The notes below the pieces were generated by a model. That model did not search any database. It worked only from the letters and a program-made list of their open reading frames with translations, and had not been told where the DNA came from. From Rhizodiscina lignyota (lineage: Eukaryota): a stretch of 64,000 nucleotides of DNA. Shown here in pieces: positions 25,316 to 35,137 of the stretch (position 1 is the first letter of the stretch; each line of letters begins with the position of its first letter). Location: contig ML978139.1 in assembly GCA_010015805.1 (NCBI GenBank), forward strand, positions 372,001-436,000. The letters are read 5' to 3'. The translations under genes and the position numbers were made by a program.

Positions 25316-25420
25316 GGGGGGGAAGGAAGAGGAGGGAGGAGGAAGGGGGATGGGTAGGACGGGGAGAATGGCGGAGGATGGGGGGTTTTCTGGGGAGAAT
25401 GGCGGAGCTTCGGGGAAGGG
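25316..25420 (+). repeat. G/purine-rich tract with a duplicated GGGGAGAATGGCGGAG
   Basis: Many runs of three or more G; 16-bp direct repeat at 25361-25376 and 25392-25407. Confidence 0.8.
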
Positions 25421-25986
25421 CTTACTTGCTACTACGTACGAGCCTTCATAACGTATATATGAATTTAAAATTAGACATTTTTATGGCCAACAATTGTTGG
25501 TTCTATGATGTTTTAAAATGGTCAATTTTGGTAGGGGAAGGGGGTACGAATAGGGAGTATTCGTAGGACAGCGGGTAGAAGACCGATGATAGAGAAGGCG
25601 CCACAACGATTGGGTCGGCGGAAGAGAAGCGAGTCAAGAAGGGCGCCGGAGCTAACGACAGAAACACCGGCACGTAGGGTACGATCCTTCAGAAGCTTGA
25701 GCATCTTTGACTTGGTCTTCTTAGTCCTCGCGTGCACCGCGAAGGAGTGTAAGCCGGGCGGCGGATCGCAGGGTCCTTTTCGTTAAGTAGTTCGTTGATA
25801 GGCACCAGGATTCGAGTTATGTCAGGAGGTGCCCAGAACGTCCTAGCGCGTGAGCACGTGAATTTGTGTATTATAGGATTCTCCGCCTTCAGGAGTATAG
25901 TGACGATACCACCGATTTTAGCGGCGAATACCTTCGTTTCAGGCGGCACTATCTTCGAAGTTAACTTGACTATACGCATCTTATAC

Positions 25987-26344
25987 CTACCCATACCGAA
26001 TAGATAGAATCATTCCGTAGATATCTTAGGGCAAGCTCTAAGCTCTTATTAACAGGAATGGTAATATTATTCGCTACAATATTGTCGGACAAGTCAGGCG
26101 GTCCCTAGCAATAGGATAATAATTGTAGTGTTCTACTTATACGGAAAGACTTAAGCTTGCAAACAATTATATCGTCAAACTCTCCTAGCAGTATTTCAAG
26201 AACTCGTATGCGATTGTCCGCGAGAGGACAAGTAGAATAGAGATTGTTTTGTCGTGAATCATGTGGCGTTGATGACAGCCTGCCCCTTTTCCCGACATGT
26301 CCACAGCTTAGGCATGTGATCTTCACTTCGCTTGAAACCTGCAT
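25987..26344 (-). pseudogene. HET-domain pseudogene, 5' half
   Basis: LYSTCPLADNRIRVLEILLGEFDDIIVCKL...LSYC*GPPD...IPVNKSLELALRYLR..YSVWV, which stops abruptly at the WVD motif. The start position is approximate. Confidence 0.88.
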
Positions 26345-27005
26345 AGTTCCCAATGTGCACGTTAAAAGACGAGGCTACTCTAAGTAATTCTATGTGAATA
26401 GATACATCTCGGCCCCCAATTCAGTGTCACGTTATGTAACTCTTAGCATAGAGCAGTGAGAAGCGAGGCTGCAAGGAGACCGAGCTGAAAAGGAGCTATC
26501 GTATGACAGGGGCCAGTAATTATCGCGTCGACAAATATCTTGGCTCATTGCCTGAACCCAGCCGCTCTAGACTGGCACAGGGCTGCAAGCTGATGATTTT
26601 TCAAGTTATCCAGCTTTGCCTAGACTAGCTCATCATCACTGCAACGCCTACGCTGGAGATAATCCCTCTACAGACGACAAAGGCCACAGACACAAACAAC
26701 TGAGGTTCAGAAGCCTGATTGATCACTACCAATAAAAGCTTTTGCTTGCCGCCACCAATACTCGGCTATGGAGATCTGCAGCTGCAGCTTTGCCCGAAGG
26801 CATTTCCCAGAAACGTCTCTGCGCCATCTGCGGGCTATCATGATGATGACATCGCTTACAGTCTCTTGATTCATCATAGAGATTAGCATTCAGTTCTCTG
26901 AATATGAGCCTTCTCTTGGCATCCGAATCGCACTCGGGCAGAGAGCCACGAAGACCCTCCTTCCCGCAAGAGCAAATAGAATATCATCATCTTATTCGAA
27001 GCGTG

Positions 27006-27935
27006 TTACATTATGTACACTAATGCTGATAGAATCCCACAGCTGTATGCGAGTAAAGAGTTTGCAACATTCTGAATGGCACCATTGGGCGTGGGCACCA
27101 CTGTTGTCGTTAGAGCCGTAACATCAGGTCGTTTGGTTGCCGATGTAGTCGTGATGCGTACTTCCGAAGATGTGGAAATCGGTGAACTCTGTGTTGACGC
27201 GGGATTCGATACCTCGCCAATGGCAGCGCATGGAGAGTAGATTGCAGAACCAGTTGTCGCAGTTCCTATGATGGAAACCGAGTAGTAATCAGGACTGTTG
27301 GTCTTGTACCAACTCATGCAGTCGGCCCAGAGGTTATCGTAGTGGGTTGGAGCAAACACGGTTGAGCTCGCATGTGTAGTATAGCACAAGCAGCCCGCTT
27401 GCTTGGAAAAGGGAGCGAGTGCGCCATTGAGACCAGTCTTGAAGTCGACAGGGTCTTCAGCAGCACATGAGGTGTATATTGAAAACCAAGGAGAACATGC
27501 AGAGCTTTCATCGATTCCGCTTGCCACGGCTGAGGGATTGGACGAGGGATTTCGGGTCTTTGGAAGGTCGTGACTCCTACAAGGGGCTCTGACAGGACCA
27601 TCTGGAGCAATGGTAGAATATGCAGCTGGATCTGCGGTTTTCAGATATTCCAAGCAAGTCCACAGGGCATTATCATACGGATCTGGAGCGAAAGTGGTGC
27701 TGGAGTAACAATAACATAAAATGGCAGACGCGCCCGGTAAGTCAAGAAAACCGGGAGTCGCAGAGGTACAAGCGGTAACAATATTGAAGAGCGGATCGCA
27801 AGACGTGGAGCCGGACGTGTCCTGTCGACGTTCAAGATCTTGGAGCGGATGCGCAGTTATGGGGAATGGCGAATACTCTCCATTCATGGAGCTGGCGGAA
27901 AGTAGCGAGAGGGTGAGGGATCGCGGGAGAGACAT
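27006..27935 (-). CDS. Secreted Cys-rich protein with two repeats, a Thr-rich linker and a GPI-like C-terminus
   Basis: Hydrophobic N-terminus, ERRQ putative Kex2 site, two copies of a Cys-patterned unit (..C(Y/L)CY..T.FAP..YDN....C..Y.KT..P..YS) and a hydrophobic tail. Confidence 0.75.
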   Translation of the reverse strand: MSLPRSLTLSLLSASSMNGEYSPFPITAHPLQDLERRQDTSGSTSCDPLFNIVTACTSATPGFLDLPGASAILCYCYSSTTFAPDPYDNALWTCLEYLKTADPAAYSTIAPDGPVRAPCRSHDLPKTRNPSSNPSAVASGIDESSACSPWFSIYTSCAAEDPVDFKTGLNGALAPFSKQAGCLCYTTHASSTVFAPTHYDNLWADCMSWYKTNSPDYYSVSIIGTATTGSAIYSPCAAIGEVSNPASTQSSPISTSSEVRITTTSATKRPDVTALTTTVVPTPNGAIQNVANSLLAYSCGILSALVYIM

Positions 27936-28456
27936 TGCGACAGGAACAGCGACATCCAACAGAGAAGGAAATCTTTTTCGCCCGACCTACCTTTGTTTTA
28001 AGTACCTGAAAGAACAAGCAAGATGGAAGGCTGGAAGGGTAGATGCACCTTTTCGGGTGTTCAAGAAATGGGCTTGTGATGCTTCCCGAAGGAAAAGCTG
28101 ATTCGGCCAACTTAGCCACCACACTTCGGTTGCAAAACGCCACAGTAAAGATTGGCCAAATGAGGCTGAGTCCAGACCAATCTGCGTAGTAACATGTCTT
28201 TCTGGATATGATGAGGGCATAGCAGCCTTGCGCGCAGCCTGATTCTGACCGAAAGCCAAGAAACGGCCGCATACTTGTATCACCGTCTGGGACTCAGCCA
28301 GACCGTATGCCAGAAACGTACAATCAGTGGCGCACTTAAATTTCCAGGAGCTCCTGAGGCTGTAGGTATCGCACCGTCGATCTCCTTCTCACCTGCGCTC
28401 TCGAATTTTCGTCAGTTTGTTTGTCTGCTTTTCATCAGTTCGTCTTCCTTGCCACG

Positions 28457-30470
28457 ATGAATTCTACAACACTTGCACTTGCCATTTATACGGGATTCTG
28501 GCATGATCACATGGAAAATGGTGCTTACGGTTGGAAGTTGACACTGAGCATCAGATGGAGCAACGTTTTACTAGCTGCATTAGCTACATTCATCGGCTTT
28601 GCTGGATCCGGCTTCTGGTCTTTACTTGCCTTTGGCATTCATCAATGGCAAGCAAAAATAGACGATGCAGATCTATTGCATTTTCAACACCAGGCCATCT
28701 ACCGTAATTCAAGTTCTTCAATTGACGCTTTGACGAATCTTCTCAAGATCTGTTGGGTGTGGAGAGCACACAATGGGAGACAACGGCCCCATCATCTTAG
28801 ACGCCGATCATTCTGCCTATCGATTCCACCCATTCTCGTTTTTAGTGGGTTTACAGTTGCTGGTATATTTGTTGCGGATATCACCCGACCGACATATCAA
28901 GGCAACAATGTCATACTTCAACCTTCCAATTGTGGGATTGTAAATCTAAGCGGAAACTCAACCGGATCACAGCCAATTGATAGCACATTACTGTCGAAAC
29001 ATTTCAACGATACAATGGCAGCTCGAGCGTATGCAAGAAGTTGCTACGGTGCTACGACAACATCAACATCGTGCAGCCTCTTTCCTCAACATGATCTTCC
29101 ATTCACGACATCAAATGTGAAATGTCCCTTTGGAGAGTATATAAAAGGAGGGTCCCTCTGCAGTGTGGATTCGGCAATCATGTTAGACTCTGGTCTGTTG
29201 AATACGAACAAACATCTTGGAATAAATGCATCGCCAAAAAATCAGCTATTGTTTAGAAGAACGGCCTCATGTTCGCCGATTCATTCTAATAGCTACGCTA
29301 AGATCAGCGGTGCAAAAGATTCTTCCGGATATGCCGTCTATGAATATGATTTTGGATCATTTCAGCCTTACAATTGGACGTACCTTTATAACTCGCATGC
29401 TTCAGCAGATGGCATTACTTACCACATCGAGTGAGTCTTGAATTCCTTCAAAATGAGAATATTCTGATGATTTGTACAGAGCCATCGCGAGTGTCGACGG
29501 TCCTGGTTCGGGTTGGGATCCAATTCCTCCGTTGAAGGTTCTAAACGCCGATGTTGGACTTTTCTTGCTCGCATCCAATGCTGTCTCATACCTTACTCCC
29601 GTCAAAGATCCATGGTTCTCAGCAACAACACTTGATAACCTTTCCGATCCTGGTTCGATCAAGAAGGTTTACAAAGCTGATTCGTACATTAGCGCCCTCG
29701 CTTGTGTAGATCAGTATCAAATTTGCAACCCAAACTCCGCGCCAATGTCCTGTACCATTCTGGGTAGCATGAAAGATATGTACGAGACATTTCCACATAT
29801 CACATCCAACAATTATCAGAATGCAACAGCACTTCGTATACTATCGAGCTTATCGATCAGTTCACTTTCATCCATCGTCCAGTACATGGGACAATCCTGG
29901 CTTTATGCACAAGATCGAGTATCATTTCTAATAGTTTCGGATCTTCCATCGAATCAATGGCAGATTGAAGTTCAAGGATGGTTTGAAACATCTCTTGCTC
30001 AAGTCCAGGCTTTGGAATTCTCGTATCCAAATCAACCTACACAGCTTGCTGAGGGCGACATTGTACATCCGAATGCTACATTGAGCGGTCTCGACAAAGC
30101 AGCTGAAGTACTATGTTCAAACCAACGGGCCAGGAACATTGATGCTTATCAATCCTTCTCCGCACTAGGCCTCATTATTATCATTGTCCTTGGGCTTTTA
30201 ATTATTATCCTTTCCCTGACGGTGGCAGATTGTGTCACCGCATTCCGGAGGAGAAGGAAGGTACAGGAAGGCAAAGCGGATTATCGAGAAATTGCTTTCG
30301 TAGCGGACTATACACTTCAGCTTCAACGTATGGCGCTTATGGCAACTAACCATCAATCGAAATGGGAAGGGTTGATGAGCAATGTACCGTATACAACAGA
30401 TCCAACCGCGAAGTTTTCGGGTCCGACGAGAGTCGTCAGCGATACAAGTGAGGACTTTAGATATATATGA
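28457..30470 (+). CDS. Uncharacterised fungal multi-pass membrane protein with a large Cys-containing extracellular region, 2 exons
   Basis: IYTGFWHD..GWKLTL..LLAALATFIG, ARAYARSCY, LACVDQYQICNP, LPSNQWQIEVQGWF and YQSFSALGLIIIIVLG; intron 29431-29479. Confidence 0.85.
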
Positions 30471-30603
30471 CATAGCTTGGCCTGTGTGAAAGTTCAACGC
30501 AAAGGCCAATCTCCCAGATATCATTGTGCCCCCTTTGATAGCAATCTTTCCGTATTCTTTGGCCAGTGATATAGGTCTTTCCAACAATGCCGACTTCTCA
30601 TTG

Positions 30604-31341
30604 CTAATAAAGCTGCCAGTTCTTCTGTGGACCATCATACTGTTTCAGTCTCACCTTCTCGAGAAGTGACTGATCTCGCAAAAATGCAAGTGCTACTTTC
30701 ACAATTGCTTTGTCCCGTGATTCACACCCATCGACGATGCTGCCCAGTTGCTCGGAGAGTTGTCCACGGGCACGTTTACGCAAGGGCCTGGTAGACCACA
30801 CTTGAACACTGTCATCTCGCTCGTTTCTCCGAAGTCGGAAGCCGACTTTGATCTGCCACCTTACAAGTGGCCATGCCCATATCTTTTTCCAAATATCAAC
30901 CTTTGTTAGATGCACATGGTGAGCTTGAATGGAATCGAACCAGCGCGAAATAATGTCGTGTTGGCACACACAGCGGAGCTCGAACGTTGATTTTCGGTAG
31001 AACAAAGGAAGCGATTCTTTCCGTAGCTGCTTGCAAACTCTTGAGAGGGCCGGTTGACTGCGTTCTGTCGGCATATGCTCTTGTCCAACCCAGACTCCTC
31101 GGTGACAAGATATTCGGACTACCGCACCGTCGAAAAGAATGTCGTATACACTATTGCGTATCTCCCCTGGTAGATCCATGAACCGGAGCGGTTTCTGTGC
31201 TCTTCCCACCAGGTTTCTCGTGCGTGCTGCACGTTGAGCCGTCTCAAGCTTTGGGTCAATCGGAATTGTCGGTGGGCGTTTTGGCAAAGTTTTGGCAGGA
31301 GTCGCCTGAGGCCGTTTGGGGGGACTTTTGTGGCCGGTCAT
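30604..31341 (-). CDS. F-box-like motif orphan protein
   Basis: RFMDLPGEIRNSVY and PALSRVCKQLRKESLPLFY motifs; the start is uncertain. Confidence 0.7.
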   Translation of the reverse strand: MTGHKSPPKRPQATPAKTLPKRPPTIPIDPKLETAQRAARTRNLVGRAQKPLRFMDLPGEIRNSVYDILFDGAVVRISCHRGVWVGQEHMPTERSQPALSRVCKQLRKESLPLFYRKSTFELRCVCQHDIISRWFDSIQAHHVHLTKVDIWKKIWAWPLVRWQIKVGFRLRRNERDDSVQVWSTRPLRKRARGQLSEQLGSIVDGCESRDKAIVKVALAFLRDQSLLEKVRLKQYDGPQKNWQLY

Positions 31342-32623
31342 ACTGGAGGACGACGCAAGAATTGAAGATCTGCGATAGTGGCTCAGATGGTACACGCAGG
31401 GTGGAGATTATATAACTCGGTTGCTGTAGCGCATGTGTCAAAGGTGAGGAGGTGGCCTCTCTGGCAATTCAACGTTGTGATCGGTGTGGTTTCAGTACCA
31501 CTCTAAAGCGCCGCTTATTGTTTGAGATTGCGCGGGCTTCGGCGGATTGGAGGCGCATCTAATCCGGTGTAGGCGTCTCTTGAGTGTACAAATGCTGGGT
31601 TCGAAACGGAGTGCACTGCGACCGGCGTTAGATGGAGACATGGGAATTTATGGCCATGGTCTCAAAGGGACGAGCTCAATGATGCGTCATCCGTTCCTTC
31701 AAGGCTGAAAGCGGCCGGCGCTGCTGCCTATCGGGAGCCCGCGACGAGGATGCTGATTAAGACCAACCAACTAGACGATTCGCATTGCCATAATGCTGTT
31801 TGCTACTCCGTACGGGATAAGCTGAGAAATTGGTTGAAAGTTCAAAGGAGGCGATGTGAGGTGGAGTGCCAGGTGTGCCGCGAGGAAAGGCAGTGGCGGT
31901 GCCCCAGCCACCGAACATTCCTCAGCCACCATTTCCTTTCAAGCCTCGCAGAACCACCAACCATCCTGAACGACTATTCGTCAATTATATCACCACAATT
32001 TCGAGTAAAATAACCTTTCTTACATACCCAGCACTCGCAGAATCTAACAGTCGTGATCGGATATTCCTCAATTGGCCTTGATACGATCGAGAACTGCACT
32101 TGTCATTCCGGTGCGAAGTGCGAGGTGCGATGATGGCGATACCGGTGGCTCCCCGGCATCTGTCTTATGACTCTATTCACAAAGATGTTCCGGAATATTG
32201 TGCCTGGAAACTTTTGTATGTACTGCGGCTGCATCGGGGAACGTTGATCAAATGGGTGAGCCCGCCTCTGCTCCGACAGCGCCGCAATCAAATCCCTGGA
32301 GACAGACGCGTCCAACCATTCCTCGGAGACGCGCAACGTGCGTGGCTTGCAGCTATGTAGTTGTCACTGCGAAGGTCTAATTTTTGCTTAATCTCACAGT
32401 GCACGTAGGGAATAACAGATCAATGGCCCTCCGAACGACTAGCATTTACTGTTGGAAGAGCTACCAGATCAGATGCAATCGCTAACGAGTCATTGCCAGA
32501 GAAGGCCGCGAGCATATCATCCTCCTGCCTCAATTTGGATCCAATCTCACAGATATTTCTGAATCCCGAAAGTCATTGCTGCCAGGCTATGCTGCGAAGT
32601 AGTTTCCACATGAGCTAGCAATA

Positions 32624-33379
32624 CTATCCCTCCACAGGGTGCAACGGCACTGAGAGATAGCCGCCAAACTCTTTTGCAAAGTCCACTGAGACTCGTGCAT
32701 GAACTCGACCTTGCTTGTCCAAGAAGCGGCTGTGACCCTCTATCGGCACTACGGCACCATGCCAGATGTTTGGATGGATATATAGACCTTTACCACCATC
32801 GCAGCGGAAGGTGACGAACTTCTCTGGAGTCACATCATCCCCTGGTAGAGCTAACGGAATCACGAAACTCTGCCCATTCAAGGGATAGAACAACTGGCCA
32901 CCATCCGGATGATAATTGGCGCGCCAAATCAACGCTCTTTCGCGAGGCTTGTCGCTGTCCTTGGACACTTCCTCCGGAAATTGGCTCCAGGCAAACAGAT
33001 AACTGTCTCCGACAGCGTTGTTGCGCGCATATAGTACGTCGCCCTTCCACCAGAATTCAAACAACCCTTCAGTGATACCGCCTTGATCTCCGGAGTGGGG
33101 ATCGACCGGGCGCCATCCCTGAGCGGGCCACTGAACAATCTCGATGGGATGGGTGTCGGGTGCCTCGACGATTTGGCCATAGCCCTTGAGATTCTCGGTA
33201 GTGGCTTGAACCAGCGGGGTCTCGAACACTTTGCGCACACCCGTGGTAGGAATGTAAGCGATTTCGTCTGGATCAAAGTTGTTCATTTTGATGTCTCCGT
33301 CAGGCTGCCCGTTGGGGAGCCTTAGGGTATGCTCAGCCATAGCGGCACCAGTTTCAATCACTGTTGTCTGGGTAGACAT
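32624..33379 (-). CDS. Intronless ureidoglycolate lyase/hydrolase-like cupin-fold protein resembling a bacterial family
   Basis: 251-aa ORF with ATTENLKGYG, WPAQGWRPVD, NYHPDGGQLFYP, LALPGDDVTPE and GLYIHPNIWH (cupin-like His motifs). Family recognised from memory. Confidence 0.8.
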   Translation of the reverse strand: MSTQTTVIETGAAMAEHTLRLPNGQPDGDIKMNNFDPDEIAYIPTTGVRKVFETPLVQATTENLKGYGQIVEAPDTHPIEIVQWPAQGWRPVDPHSGDQGGITEGLFEFWWKGDVLYARNNAVGDSYLFAWSQFPEEVSKDSDKPRERALIWRANYHPDGGQLFYPLNGQSFVIPLALPGDDVTPEKFVTFRCDGGKGLYIHPNIWHGAVVPIEGHSRFLDKQGRVHARVSVDFAKEFGGYLSVPLHPVEG

Positions 33380-33700
33380 GATATCGGAAATTATTTCTAA
33401 AGACTGAGGTGATATGAAAGTTGAGGAATGATTTGATTAACGAAGTTGTTGGATGGTGGGCTCTGTGAGAGGGATGGTTGTGATATATGCCTAGCCGGAC
33501 TTCCGCCCGATGAAGCCGGTCTTCCCATCGACTGCTACCGCACCAATTGAGGCGCTCTTTAAGAATCAATTCGAGGTACATCGCAGTTATTCCTCTAGCA
33601 ACCTGTACGGAGTGGGTTATTGGAATTTTGAGGCCATCACTGGCTCTCTTGCATTGGCTGGCCATCAGCTATATCGTAATACGTATAAATGCAGAGACTT

Positions 33701-35137
33701 TTAATCTTGAAGCAGCGGAGTTCTCTCGTCGGCGCCAATCTTCACCCTCTCCTCGGCCCTTGCAAGCACACTGTCTGCCTCTCTTTCCCAGTTGATACTA
33801 AAGACCCACCCAGACTGAATCAACAGGAGCGTTGCACTTCCAGTAATCAACCCAGCCCACAAACCGAAGAGCCCAAGATGTGCCTTGAAGCATAGAGCCC
33901 ATGCAAGCACCAATCCAACTCCGTAATAACCGACGACATTGCTTCCACCTGAAAGATGCGTCTTTCCTGCTCCACGTAGAATCCCCGCTGCACCACCATT
34001 GGATATGTCGAGGCACTGGAAGATGGCTAGCAGTGGGAGCACCTGCGCCGTCGTACGGACAACATCCACATCATCGCTGAATGCGCGGCCGTAAACATTT
34101 CTGGCGGATAGTAAGATGACGCACTCAACACTGCCGATAATTAGTGCAAGAAGGTATGGTATGCGAATCTGGAATCGGGCCTTCGAGCCTTGACCCAAGC
34201 CCAAAGTCTTTCCGATTTTGTGAGATGACGATACACCGATTCCGAGGGGGACAGTGGCGAAGATGAGGTCGGATGTCATGACGATGCTCTGAGCTCCGAT
34301 TGAGGCGGTGTCGAGTGTCGCAGCCATGAGAGCAACGCTCTGGAAACACCAGAACTCTGTCGCTACTGTCAGGAGACCGGACAGGGCAAGAATAATGAAC
34401 GGCCAAGGGTCGGCGAAGGCCTTCCAGGTGAAGCCTCCCCAGTACTGGCTCGCTGACTTATTGAATGCTATGTACACTACCATTGTGACGACGGTGGTGA
34501 AGTGATAGATGGCATGTGAGATGGCGGCTCCAATGACACCGAGATTTGTGTGCAACACAAGAATGTAGTTCATGACAACGCCAAGGATGGCAGCGATGCC
34601 AATGCACCATCCGACAGCAGCACGATGATTCTGTACTTGCAGAAACTTTTTCACGCACTCAGAGATCACCTGGCAAAGTCCAGCAGGAAGTAATGCTTTC
34701 AAGAAGCTCTCTGTCGCCGAGGAGAAATCCTCTTTTTGCCCGAGGAGATGGAATAACGGCCCGGAATGCCACCACAACGGCATGATGATGGCAAAGAAGA
34801 ATACGGCCAGGAATATCAGACCCCGTTGAAGGACAATGCCCAGATAGTGCCTCTGATCGCCTCTTGCGGATGAAGCTGAGTTAAATGCTTGAGAGCAGAG
34901 AGTATCGATCGCTGTGCTCCCGCCAATGGCAGTCATCGTAGCAGTGCTACTGAAGAACATGTATCCGAATGATGCTACGGATAATTCAAAGGTTCCGAGC
35001 CGGCCACATATTAAAATGCTCGCTGCCTGCATTACATTTTGGAAGGCGAATGAGACGGTAATTGGCATGGTATCGATGAAAAGTTGCCAGATTTCGGTGC
35101 GATAAGTGACCGTTACCGGCAGCATCTCGTCAGCCAT
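33701..35137 (-). CDS. MATE-family efflux transporter, intronless
   Basis: 478-aa ORF with ICGRLGTFELSVAS, AIDTLCSQA, ATEFWCFQ, GILRGAGK and GLFGLWAG; about 12 hydrophobic segments. Confidence 0.93.
   Translation of the reverse strand: MADEMLPVTVTYRTEIWQLFIDTMPITVSFAFQNVMQAASILICGRLGTFELSVASFGYMFFSSTATMTAIGGSTAIDTLCSQAFNSASSARGDQRHYLGIVLQRGLIFLAVFFFAIIMPLWWHSGPLFHLLGQKEDFSSATESFLKALLPAGLCQVISECVKKFLQVQNHRAAVGWCIGIAAILGVVMNYILVLHTNLGVIGAAISHAIYHFTTVVTMVVYIAFNKSASQYWGGFTWKAFADPWPFIILALSGLLTVATEFWCFQSVALMAATLDTASIGAQSIVMTSDLIFATVPLGIGVSSSHKIGKTLGLGQGSKARFQIRIPYLLALIIGSVECVILLSARNVYGRAFSDDVDVVRTTAQVLPLLAIFQCLDISNGGAAGILRGAGKTHLSGGSNVVGYYGVGLVLAWALCFKAHLGLFGLWAGLITGSATLLLIQSGWVFSINWEREADSVLARAEERVKIGADERTPLLQD

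Larger units (their letters stand above)
23157..25575. mobile_element. Putative non-autonomous inverted-repeat-bounded element carrying an MFS gene
   Basis: CGCTGTCCTACG at 23157-23168, exactly at the HET breakpoint, is the perfect reverse complement of CGTAGGACAGCG at 25562-25573. The arms are TpA-rich and no transposase ORF is present. Confidence 0.6.

Noticed and set aside
14626..30470. Possible ustiloxin/dikaritin-type RiPP cluster (UstO-like split-barrel protein, P450, MFS, repeat-containing secreted protein)
   Set aside because: No DUF3328/UstYa gene and no short KR-delimited core-peptide repeats; the repeats in 27006-27935 look like folded Cys domains.
31590..31620. GGTTCGAA T-loop-like motif
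   Set aside because: No cloverleaf stems or A-box around it; no tRNA or rRNA was recognised in the window.
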